A stretch of DNA of 64,000 nucleotides from an uncultured Bacillales bacterium (lineage in GTDB: Bacteria; Bacillota_I; Bacilli_A; RF39; UBA660): NCBI GenBank assembly GCA_946412015.1, contig CAMKGA010000001.1, positions 1,041 through 65,040 of the forward strand. Reading direction: 5' to 3'. Below the pieces are notes generated by a model. It saw nothing but the letters and a program-made list of their open reading frames with translations, did no database searches and had not been told where the DNA came from. The translations under genes and the position numbers were made by a program. Positions 27,273 to 35,961 of this stretch are shown piece after piece (position 1 is the first letter of the stretch; each line of letters opens with the position of its first letter).

Positions 27273-27969
27273 GTAAATCACCTACTATATCATTTATAAT
27301 ATAACTTGTAATATATAATCCTGCCGTTGATGGAACAAATGAATTAGATGGAATAGTTTTTATTGATTTTAAGATAGGCTTTTCTTTACTGCATACTACT
27401 TTTAATTTTTTAATTCCTAACTTACGACATTCTTTTCTAATAATTTTAGCTAAAGGATCATAATTTGTTTTATAAATATCCGTTATTTCTAGTTTAGTTG
27501 GATCCATTTTATTACCTGTACCCATTGCTGAAATTAATTTTATATTTTTCTTATTACATATTTTTATAATTTCAATTTTAGTAGAAACAGTATCACAGGC
27601 ATCAACAACATAATCATAATCATCAATTATACTATCGATATTAATAGAACTTACAAATTCTTTTAATTTTTTTACATTGCAATTTTTATTAATAGACTTA
27701 ATACGTTTTTCTAAAACATCTACTTTATTAAGGCCTATATTATCATATGTTGCAATAAGCTGTCTATTTAAATTAGTTATATCTACTATATCATTATCTA
27801 CTATAGTTATATTACTAACACCACATCTTACAAGTGACTCAACTGTATAGCTTCCAACTCCACCTACTCCAATAATTATTATTTTCTTATTTTTTATATC
27901 ATTTATTTTATCTTTAACAAGTAATTCAAATCGTTCAAACATAATATCATCTCTATTTGATTGTACCAT
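27265..27969 (-). CDS. tcdA: tRNA threonylcarbamoyladenosine dehydratase (ThiF/MoeB-fold, TcdA/YrvM type)
   Basis: IIIIGVGGVGSYTVESLVRCGVSNITIVDNDIVDITNLNRQ and SAMGTGNKMDPTKLEITDIYKTNYDPLAKIIRKECRKLGIKK are collinear with B. subtilis YrvM. Confidence 0.8.
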   Translation of the reverse strand: MVQSNRDDIMFERFELLVKDKINDIKNKKIIIIGVGGVGSYTVESLVRCGVSNITIVDNDIVDITNLNRQLIATYDNIGLNKVDVLEKRIKSINKNCNVKKLKEFVSSINIDSIIDDYDYVVDACDTVSTKIEIIKICNKKNIKLISAMGTGNKMDPTKLEITDIYKTNYDPLAKIIRKECRKLGIKKLKVVCSKEKPILKSIKTIPSNSFVPSTAGLYITSYIINDIVGDLHV

Positions 27970-28018
27970 AAAAAATTTTTTTTACCAAGAAAAAAATTAT
28001 ATACTATGAATATATAAT

Positions 28019-28237
28019 TTATTTAATTAAATTTTTATCTAATTTTTTTACAAATCTAGCAACATTAGTTTCATATTCTGGTTTATTATATTCTTCAGGT
28101 ACAAATGAAACTGAATCAAATTTATTAATATCTTTATAGTAAATATCTTTTTTAAATATATTATATTCAATGCCATCTAATGACTCTATTATTCCATTAT
28201 ATCCATCAAATTCTTTTACAATACCAATTTTTTTCAT
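28019..28237 (-). CDS. Small cold-shock-domain-like (OB-fold) protein, 72 aa
   Basis: KIGIVKEFDGYNGIIESLDGIEYNIFKKDI...DSVSFVPE...NVARFV follows the CspA strand pattern but lacks the RNP1/RNP2 aromatic motifs. RBS AAGGAGA. ATGA overlap with the 1098-aa ORF stop. Confidence 0.4.
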   Translation of the reverse strand: MKKIGIVKEFDGYNGIIESLDGIEYNIFKKDIYYKDINKFDSVSFVPEEYNKPEYETNVARFVKKLDKNLIK

Positions 28238-31200
28238 TTTATAAATTCTCCTTCTTCGGATTCCATAGTTTTTTTATATTCCATAACAATTTCCATATAT
28301 TTATTCATTTCTTCCTCTGCTTTTGACTTGTTTTTTGAATTTTTCATTATATAACTTGATATTTCAAAATTGCTATCTAAAGATATATACCAATCTTCTC
28401 CATATATACAGTAGATACTATCAACATCTCTTATATTAATGTCATCAAGTTCTAAACCGTCATACAATTGATCTAACGCTTCAATATGAATTACTGCTCC
28501 TTTAGCATCCTTCGATGTTGTTTTATTTACTTTTATCCTACTTACTTCATATCTTTCAGCATTTTTTTCACCAAGTTTAACTGGCACTAATGCACCATTA
28601 TTAGAAGTAGCAACTACTAATGCCGATTCATATACATCCGAATAAAAATTGGGTAATGTTTGTTTTATATCTTTTACGCCTAAATCTTCTATAGAACCAC
28701 TAGTATATGAATATCCATTAGATATAACTACATTTTCAATTGGATAATTATTATTTTTAGTAAGTTCTATTAGCATGTTCGCAATTTTTTTACATGCATT
28801 TTTTAAATCTTCGTTTGAGTATTTTTTAGAAAGAGAAATTCTAAGTTGATTTAAAAAAACTGTATTACCATTTCTAAATCCAGAGACTCTACTTATTAAA
28901 TTACCAGTAGTTGGATCATTAAAAGTGATATGAAATCCATTTTCATTTAGCAAACAAAATTCAAAAAGTGATTCTCCCGCACCTCCAATTCGCATGCAAG
29001 CACCAGTTCTCTCCCCTAAAGTTAAATTGACTAAATTAGTGGCATTTCCGGTTGATACATTAATTTTTTTATTACCTTTTAATTCAATATCTTCATCAAT
29101 TGAAGGTATTGTTATATAATTTCTTTGGTGAAGTTTTCTTACAAGTTCTATTGCTTTATTTAATCTTTCATCTTTATTTACTGGGCTAGAATTTGGAGAT
29201 GGATTTCTTTTTATATATTCATAATTACTTTTACCTAATAGATGTGAATATATTGATGCATCTGAATCAAAACATGCAGCTATATCTAATTGTGCACTAA
29301 AGGTAATATTTTCACCATTTTCTTTTTTACTATTAATTATTTTCATTATTGCTGAATAATTTGAAATTAAACTAGCAATAATATCAGGATTAAATCCTAC
29401 ATCAAGTTCCATATTATTATATGCTTCTATACAACCAATAACTTTATATTTTTTTAAAAAGTCTAATAAATTTGATAAGACATCACTATTATTTATAACT
29501 GTATCTTTTAACATATTTGCATCAAGTTTTGTAATTAATTCTAAAACTAAATTAGAAGATGCTTTAAGATCTTTATATTTCTTTTGTAATAAAAAAGTCA
29601 ATTCTCTATTATTATATACATGCATTATTTTGCTTACAGCTAAATTAAATAACTTCATGTTTTTCTTTACATCTTCTTTAATCATATTATATTTTTTTGA
29701 ATTCTTTCTAAAATTTATAATTTCTTTTAATAATTCTTGATTTTTTATTAAATTTATTTCTTCTTCACTATTTATAATTTCTTTATCTAAACACTGTGTT
29801 AATAAATCCAATATCATATTTTCTGGCAATATTGATATTAAATACTTTGAAAGTTCGTCTTGATTATAATCCCAATTTCCAAATTCTTCTAGAGATTTAT
29901 CTAAATTATCTTGTATATATTGATTTCTTTTTTTCATTATATATTCTTTTGTTATCTCATTATATAATTTGATAATATTATCATCATTATTTTTTATACC
30001 AGTAATAATACTATTAATTGATATATTATATTTATTTATATCAATTATACTAAAAACTTCATTAATTATTTGTATTGCATATTCATAATTACCATCTCTT
30101 AAAGCATGAATTGTATTTATAAAAGTATTAATAATATCAGGATTCTTAATAGTAAAATCCCTTTGAAGTAATGAATTAATAACTGTTGATTGTACAGATA
30201 TATCTGCAGTCATATTATCATTGCTAAGTATTTTTAGAAAATCTTGAAATTCTTTTTCATCATAATTAAGAACATTTAAAATATTTTTATTATCAATTAC
30301 TTGTAATATTCCGCAATTACTAATTTTAGCAAGAGTTATTAATCTATCTAAATTTATATTATATTTATTTGCAACCAGCCTAAATACTGGTAACATTTCA
30401 TCTTTATATTCTATATCAAAAGTTTGATGAGATAATACATCTAGTATTAATTCTTCGTTATCTGTAAGTAATAATATCTGATATTCTAAATATTCTCCTT
30501 TATATTCATTAATATATTCTTCTACTATTTTTTTATTTAATGCTGATAATATTTTTAATTTAACATCTAAATCTGACAAATTATTTATAACTTTTATCAA
30601 CGTTTTTTTATTTCTTATTTTTATTACTCGTGCAATTATAATATCTTTATCAATTAAATCATACTTGCAAAAATCTTCTAAATATCTATCACTTCTTATT
30701 TCTAAAAAAATTTTATTTACTATTTCTCTTGAGTGTAAATTAGATGAAGAAAGTATTGTATCACGTGCATTATCACTATTTATATATTTAATATATTTTA
30801 AAATATATTTTTCATCTTTGAATGAAGAAATAATATATGCCCTATCATCTTGACTTAAAATAAAAAAATACTTCTTTAAATACTTTTCCTTATCTTCATC
30901 ATTTGAAAATGTAGCAATTATTCCTGCCTTATTAAAGGTATACGAATGTAAATATTCTTTTTTTAATTCGTCACTTTTTAAACTTCCAATAATTAATCCT
31001 TTATCTATCCCATGAAAATTATTTAATGATTTAATTTTCAACTCATCACTAGATAAAGACATGATTATAAGACATTTATCATCTTTTGCTATTTTTTTAA
31101 GATTTTCTATCTTATCTGTATCAGTTAAATAATAATATATTGCAATATCATTACTAATATCGTATAATTCTTTTAATTTACTTTTATCTTTAACATAGGA

Positions 31201-31530
31201 AAGAATATCTGTATATGATCTACTATTAAATATTTCAATAATTAAATCATCACTTAAATCTATAGCATTTAATAAATTTGATCTAAACAATGCATCTTCA
31301 CCATAAAAAAAATCAGGGTTATTATTGTAAAAAAATATAGATTGTTCACTATTTAAAATTTGAATTTTTTCACTAATACAATACTTTACTAGTGCATAGC
31401 AAGAAAACATATTAGATATTAATATTTTTTCTTTTTCTTCATAACTTAAATTTTTAAGTTCTTCTTCTAGATTTGGACTATTTAACAATCTAGCAATTTT
31501 ATTGTCGAATTCTTTATCCATCATAATCAT
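28234..31530 (-). CDS. Very large hypothetical protein (1098 aa): helical-repeat N-terminal region plus unrecognised C-terminal globular domain
   Basis: Uninterrupted ORF with no TM segment or signal peptide. About 25-aa repeats of type (I/L)IxS(L/F)xxDExKxxYL occur around residues 155-260. The C-terminal ~330 aa contain LGERTGACMRIGGAGESLFEFCLLNENGFHITFNDPTTGNLISRVSGFRNGNTVFLNQLR. RBS spacing probably favours ATG 31524 or 31521 as the start. Confidence 0.7.
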   Translation of the reverse strand: MIMMDKEFDNKIARLLNSPNLEEELKNLSYEEKEKILISNMFSCYALVKYCISEKIQILNSEQSIFFYNNNPDFFYGEDALFRSNLLNAIDLSDDLIIEIFNSRSYTDILSYVKDKSKLKELYDISNDIAIYYYLTDTDKIENLKKIAKDDKCLIIMSLSSDELKIKSLNNFHGIDKGLIIGSLKSDELKKEYLHSYTFNKAGIIATFSNDEDKEKYLKKYFFILSQDDRAYIISSFKDEKYILKYIKYINSDNARDTILSSSNLHSREIVNKIFLEIRSDRYLEDFCKYDLIDKDIIIARVIKIRNKKTLIKVINNLSDLDVKLKILSALNKKIVEEYINEYKGEYLEYQILLLTDNEELILDVLSHQTFDIEYKDEMLPVFRLVANKYNINLDRLITLAKISNCGILQVIDNKNILNVLNYDEKEFQDFLKILSNDNMTADISVQSTVINSLLQRDFTIKNPDIINTFINTIHALRDGNYEYAIQIINEVFSIIDINKYNISINSIITGIKNNDDNIIKLYNEITKEYIMKKRNQYIQDNLDKSLEEFGNWDYNQDELSKYLISILPENMILDLLTQCLDKEIINSEEEINLIKNQELLKEIINFRKNSKKYNMIKEDVKKNMKLFNLAVSKIMHVYNNRELTFLLQKKYKDLKASSNLVLELITKLDANMLKDTVINNSDVLSNLLDFLKKYKVIGCIEAYNNMELDVGFNPDIIASLISNYSAIMKIINSKKENGENITFSAQLDIAACFDSDASIYSHLLGKSNYEYIKRNPSPNSSPVNKDERLNKAIELVRKLHQRNYITIPSIDEDIELKGNKKINVSTGNATNLVNLTLGERTGACMRIGGAGESLFEFCLLNENGFHITFNDPTTGNLISRVSGFRNGNTVFLNQLRISLSKKYSNEDLKNACKKIANMLIELTKNNNYPIENVVISNGYSYTSGSIEDLGVKDIKQTLPNFYSDVYESALVVATSNNGALVPVKLGEKNAERYEVSRIKVNKTTSKDAKGAVIHIEALDQLYDGLELDDINIRDVDSIYCIYGEDWYISLDSNFEISSYIMKNSKNKSKAEEEMNKYMEIVMEYKKTMESEEGEFIK

Positions 31531-31544
31531 TCCTTACTATATAA

Positions 31545-31573
31545 AATATATCATAAGCATAATAAAAAAACAA
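31545..31573 (-). promoter_or_regulatory. Possible sigma-A promoter for the 1098-aa ORFan operon
   Basis: Minus strand TTGTTT-N17-TATATT with a TGA extended -10. It overlaps the U tract of the upstream terminator. The leader would be short. Confidence 0.35.
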
Positions 31574-31600
31574 CTCAATGATTAAATATTAATCATTGAG
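31562..31600 (-). terminator. Rho-independent terminator after the P-loop/CYTH gene
   Basis: Minus strand CTCAATGATTAA-tat-TTAATCATTGAG (12-bp stem) followed by TTGTTTTTTTATT. Confidence 0.75.
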
Positions 31601-31609
31601 CCTTTAGTA

Positions 31610-32686
31610 TTACTTTTTCTTTATTTTTGCTATCTCTTTATTATTTAAGCATATACCATTATTATCTATAATTTTTAGAAAATCAGGTAATTTTAGTTTA
31701 TTAATATCATCAGTTGTTTCACTTTCTAATATTGCATAGTTATTATCAAATATATCTAAATTAAAGACATCTTTATCATTTTTAAATGAAAGTCTAGTTT
31801 TTAAAATTGTTTTATAATTTGTATCCATTTTTCTTAAATAATATGAGTATTCTAGTTTATTAATTATCTTGCTTGTTATAATTTCTTCGTTGTTTCCATT
31901 TTTTCTCTTTTTTATTAAATAATACGATACATCATTCATGTTATTCTTTTTTCTAACCTTATAATCAACATCATCAAAAGACTTTAGGTATGTTTGTTCA
32001 ATAATACTTATCTTTGAAATTGCATAAAGTTTGTCTAAATCTGATTCATCTAATTTAACTAAAAATTTATATTGTTTATTTGAAAATGATGGTTCACCTA
32101 GGTATGCTAGAATATGGTTCTTAACTATATTTATTTTTGTATTAAAATCAGTTGAATTATTTACTACTTTAAGATTATGATGTCCTAAATAACAATTTAG
32201 AGTTTTCTCGTCCATAATAGATGCTTCTTCTGTTGTTTCTTTTCTTGCGTTATTATTTTGTGTTGTATATAGTTCTTTTTTATCACATGCAATACTTACT
32301 AAATGTATAATCTCATCATATCTATTTAAAAGATCATTTTCATTTAGATGCATTTCATCTAATAATTTATACCACTCTTGGTTACTAATATATGCTTTTC
32401 CGTCCATAATTCCTCTATCGTGAATTATTATACTATTTTTACAAAATGAAGCCTTAAAACGTGTAATATGTTCTTGTCTTAATTGATAATCAATTACATA
32501 TTTTTGAAAATCATACATAGAAATAGCATTTTCTCCAAATGGTTTAATGTCGTTATTAATTAAATCAGTTGCAGCCTCACTTACGATAAATACATTATAT
32601 CCTAAGTTTTCAAGTGTTTCTTTTATATTTGAAAGCGCGGTAGACTTACCACTACAAGGTCCACCTGTAAGTACAATTTTTCTCAT
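31610..32686 (-). CDS. Fusion of an AAA_28/NadR-like P-loop NTPase with a CYTH-like (triphosphate tunnel) domain
   Basis: N-terminus KIVLTGGPCSGKST. The C-terminal half is collinear with CYTH domains (YKFLVKLD...IIEQTYL...YKVRKK...KTRLSF...FNLDIF...AILESET), but the first-strand ExExK reads NKQYK. Confidence 0.6.
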   Translation of the reverse strand: MRKIVLTGGPCSGKSTALSNIKETLENLGYNVFIVSEAATDLINNDIKPFGENAISMYDFQKYVIDYQLRQEHITRFKASFCKNSIIIHDRGIMDGKAYISNQEWYKLLDEMHLNENDLLNRYDEIIHLVSIACDKKELYTTQNNNARKETTEEASIMDEKTLNCYLGHHNLKVVNNSTDFNTKINIVKNHILAYLGEPSFSNKQYKFLVKLDESDLDKLYAISKISIIEQTYLKSFDDVDYKVRKKNNMNDVSYYLIKKRKNGNNEEIITSKIINKLEYSYYLRKMDTNYKTILKTRLSFKNDKDVFNLDIFDNNYAILESETTDDINKLKLPDFLKIIDNNGICLNNKEIAKIKKK

Positions 32687-32749
32687 AATCCTCCCTTAAT
32701 AACCCCTTTTGTTTAAATAAATTTATAAATTAATATTCTTGCAACTAAT

Positions 32750-32778
32750 AATATATATATATCATATAAACTTGTCAA
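32750..32778 (-). promoter_or_regulatory. Near-consensus sigma-A promoter for the P-loop/CYTH gene
   Basis: Minus strand TTGACA-N17-TATATT. Strong RBS AAGGGAGGA before ATG 32686. Confidence 0.6.
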
Positions 32779-32795
32779 GTAATTTATTTAAAATT

Positions 32796-33668
32796 CTACT
32801 TTTTATCTAGATATTCTAGAAATTTCTTGGTTGCAAATGTAAGATTTTCACCTTTATTAGTAGCAATATTAATATTTATTTTAGGTATATCTTTATTTAT
32901 TTTTAACTCTTTTAATTTTGGATAATTTTTTTTAGCAAGATCAATCATGCAAAAACCAAACCCTAGACCTATATTTGTAAATTCTAATACTAAATCTTGA
33001 CTTACTACTTCCATTTTAGGATTTAATATAATGCTATTTTTTAACATATAAGAATCTAGAAACTTTCTACTGTTAGATTCTTTTTTTTGTAATATTAATG
33101 GATAATTATTAATATTATCTAGGTTAACAGTATCTTCATAAAAATCAGGATTATAAATAAAACCATGTCTTATTTTTTTTATTGTTTTTATTTCAACATT
33201 ACTCTCTTTCATGTCAGATTCATTAAATATAATAAAATCAAGTTTTCCTCTTTGCAAGTCTAAAATTAAATCTGACGTTAAATTATTGGTAATTTTAATA
33301 TCTATATTTGGATAATCTTTATGGAATTTATCAATCACATCAATTAATAATAACTTGGTTAAAGTGGTAGAAATACCTATTCTAACCTCACCTTTATCTA
33401 GATTTTTAAAAGATGTAAACTCAGTTTCGGCATTTTTTATTAATTCTAATGCATCTTTAACATATTTATATAACATTTTTCCTTCTTCAGTTAATTCCAT
33501 TCCCTTGTTACTACGTAAAAATAATACTCCTCCTAATTGTGCTTCTAACTTTTTAATTGATTGACTTATTGCAGGCTGTGATATAAATAACTCCTCACTT
33601 GCTTTTGTCATGTGTTTGTATTTTGCTACTGTATAAAATATTTTATATAGTTCTAAGTCTACATTCAT
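32796..33668 (-). CDS. LysR-family transcriptional regulator
   Basis: N-terminal wHTH MTKASEELFISQPAISQSIKKLEAQLGGVLF plus a C-terminal effector-binding domain. Divergent from the serine acetyltransferase gene. Confidence 0.85.
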   Translation of the reverse strand: MNVDLELYKIFYTVAKYKHMTKASEELFISQPAISQSIKKLEAQLGGVLFLRSNKGMELTEEGKMLYKYVKDALELIKNAETEFTSFKNLDKGEVRIGISTTLTKLLLIDVIDKFHKDYPNIDIKITNNLTSDLILDLQRGKLDFIIFNESDMKESNVEIKTIKKIRHGFIYNPDFYEDTVNLDNINNYPLILQKKESNSRKFLDSYMLKNSIILNPKMEVVSQDLVLEFTNIGLGFGFCMIDLAKKNYPKLKELKINKDIPKININIATNKGENLTFATKKFLEYLDKK

Positions 33669-33804
33669 TATAATCCCTCCTTATCGGTATTATAACATGA
33701 ATATGTTTTACTTATCAAATTTGCAAGTTTAATTATATTTATAAGCATTTTAAATAATTGGTTTTAGTATTTTAGAATAATTTATAATGAGTAGCAGGTG
33801 ATTT

Positions 33805-34314
33805 ATGCTTAAGTATATTAAAGAGCAAATAAAACTAATTAAGAAAAATGATCCAGCACTAAAAAGTATATTAGAAGTATTTCTATACCCATCATTTAAA
33901 GTGATGATTTATTATAAAATTGCTCATTTTTTCTATTTAAGACATCATTATTTTATAGCTAGAATAATAAGTGAACGAGCAAAAAGAAAAACAGGAATAG
34001 AAATACATCCTGGTGCGATTATAGGAAAAAATTTATTTATTGATCATGGAAGTGGTGTTGTAATTGGTGAAACTACTATTATTAAGGATAATGTTATTTT
34101 AATGCATGAAGTAACACTAGGTGCGACTGGTAAAGAAACTTTAAAAAGGCATCCAACAATAGGCAATAATGTTTTTATTGGATGTGGCGCAAAAGTTCTT
34201 GGAAATATTCAAATTGGTGATAATGTAAAAATTGGAGCAAATACTACAGTTTTAAATGATATCCCAAATAACTGTACAGTAGTTGGAGTAAAAGGAAGTA
34301 TAATAAAAAAATAG
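33805..34314 (+). CDS. cysE: Serine O-acetyltransferase (short CysE/EpsC type, left-handed beta-helix)
   Basis: 169 aa, [48 protein letters not shown]...[31 protein letters not shown]. Confidence 0.7.
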   Translation: MLKYIKEQIKLIKKNDPALKSILEVFLYPSFKVMIYYKIAHFFYLRHHYFIARIISERAKRKTGIEIHPGAIIGKNLFIDHGSGVVIGETTIIKDNVILMHEVTLGATGKETLKRHPTIGNNVFIGCGAKVLGNIQIGDNVKIGANTTVLNDIPNNCTVVGVKGSIIKK

Positions 34315-34330
34315 GAATTCCTATTTTTTT
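34305..34330. terminator. Bidirectional A/T-flanked palindrome between cysE and the GtrA gene
   Basis: AAAAAAATAGGAA/TTCCTATTTTTTT, a perfect 13-nt-arm palindrome overlapping both stop codons. Confidence 0.55.
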
Positions 34331-34707
34331 TCTAAAAACATTTTTCTTGTTATAAAATTGTAAATCATAACTACTATGGTTGCTAAAACTTTAGATAATA
34401 AATAATATATACCTAAAAATTTAGAAAAAACATATAAAATACTACTATTTATTATAAGACCTAAAATACTTAATATAATAAATATTATAAACTGTATTTT
34501 ATAATTTCTGTTTTCACTTACATCAAATACCCATTTAATACTAGCAATATAATTATATATAACAGATATTGTAAAAGCTAAAGTATTCGACAATATAATA
34601 TTAAAGTTTAAAAATTCTTTAAAGATATAAAGAAGCGCAAAATCAATTACTGTTGCTATTCCTCCAACTATTATAAAACGAAATATTTGTTTTAATGTAT
34701 TATTCAT
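34321..34707 (-). CDS. GtrA-family membrane protein
   Basis: 128 aa, 4 TM segments, N-terminus FRFIIVGGIATVIDFALLYIF typical of GtrA. Confidence 0.75.
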   Translation of the reverse strand: MNNTLKQIFRFIIVGGIATVIDFALLYIFKEFLNFNIILSNTLAFTISVIYNYIASIKWVFDVSENRNYKIQFIIFIILSILGLIINSSILYVFSKFLGIYYLLSKVLATIVVMIYNFITRKMFLEKK

Positions 34708-35952
34708 TTAATTTACTATATTTATAAATTCATTTATCGTAGTATAATTGCCTAGTTCAAATCTAGGAATAGCGTACATATTATCTCCTGGTTTTGCTTT
34801 TTTATAACCACCTGCAAGTGCCATTTTAAATCCTGCTTTTTTAACTAGTTCAACAGTTCTTGCATTATATTCATAAAATGGATAGCATAAAACTTCTGTA
34901 TTATTTAAACTTTCACGGCTTTTTTTAAGATCATCTAAAATAACTTGTTCATCTAAACAAAGTAATCCACCACCGTGATGTGAACCTTTACATACGTTTG
35001 GAGTATGTAAATCCCAAGTATGTGAATGAATCTCTAAATATTGAGAATTATAATCATTAGGACTTGCAAGAGAACCTATTAAATATAAAGTACCTTGCAT
35101 TTGATATTTTTCTAAAATTGCTATCATTCTAGCTAAATACCATCCATCATCAATAGTAATTGCAACACTTTTTTCTGGAAGTTGAATTTTACCTGTTAAA
35201 AATAAATATAAATCTTGCATAGTAACAGGATAAAATTGATTATCTTTTAAATACTTTATTTCCTCATCAACTTGTGTTTGTGTCATACATATTGTTTGCT
35301 TACATTCTTTTCCTTCATCGCTAGTTTCATCAATTGTATAATGATAATTTAAAACAGCAATATCTTTAGCAATAGCAGTATCACTATTAGTATTTTCTAC
35401 ATTTGATTCTACATCTTCATTTTTAATATAAAACAATTGATCATTAAATTCTATTCCGTATTTATCTTCATCTTTTATAATGACATTATAAGTATCACTG
35501 TTATTAATTTCATATAAAGTATTATCTACATTTAATAGTTTATAATTATCCTTTGTTTTTATATTTTCATTATATACTATATAATTTTTATATGTTTTAT
35601 ATTCATTTTCATATGTAAATGCATCACTTTTTGCAACTTTATCATATTTTATGTAAATATCTGCATTTTTTAGTTTATAGTATTTATCTTTAATACTCTT
35701 TTTATCATCAAGTAATATCTTTGCATCTTTAGAAATTTTACCAACTTTTTTTAACTTTTTATTATATATATCAGTATCAGTGGTTGCAACTACATAATCA
35801 TTATAATTAGCAGTAATATCAACTTTATTATCTTTACTCTTATTTTTTGAACTGCTTTTTTTATTGTTTAGTAAATTTTTTCCAAAGAATATCACACTAA
35901 ATCCTACTAAAACACACAACAATGTAATTATTATTTTTAAACCTAGTTTCAT
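34708..35952 (-). CDS. Membrane-anchored polysaccharide deacetylase (NodB homology domain)
   Basis: N-terminal TM segment. The C-terminal domain carries VAITIDDGW and HSHTWDLH metal-ligand motifs. Confidence 0.75.
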   Translation of the reverse strand: MKLGLKIIITLLCVLVGFSVIFFGKNLLNNKKSSSKNKSKDNKVDITANYNDYVVATTDTDIYNKKLKKVGKISKDAKILLDDKKSIKDKYYKLKNADIYIKYDKVAKSDAFTYENEYKTYKNYIVYNENIKTKDNYKLLNVDNTLYEINNSDTYNVIIKDEDKYGIEFNDQLFYIKNEDVESNVENTNSDTAIAKDIAVLNYHYTIDETSDEGKECKQTICMTQTQVDEEIKYLKDNQFYPVTMQDLYLFLTGKIQLPEKSVAITIDDGWYLARMIAILEKYQMQGTLYLIGSLASPNDYNSQYLEIHSHTWDLHTPNVCKGSHHGGGLLCLDEQVILDDLKKSRESLNNTEVLCYPFYEYNARTVELVKKAGFKMALAGGYKKAKPGDNMYAIPRFELGNYTTINEFINIVN

Positions 35953-35961
35953 ATTACACTC

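Noticed and set aside
27265-28237. The ThiF-fold protein plus the adjacent 72-aa protein as an E1/ubiquitin-like conjugation pair
   Set aside because: The ThiF-fold protein is collinear along its whole length with TcdA/YrvM. The 72-aa protein ends ...KNLIK with no C-terminal Gly-Gly, and it looks like an OB fold rather than a beta-grasp.
33669-33804. A riboswitch or T-box leader upstream of the serine acetyltransferase gene
   Set aside because: The spacer is only 136 nt and is shared with the divergent LysR gene. I could find no stable stems or terminator in it.
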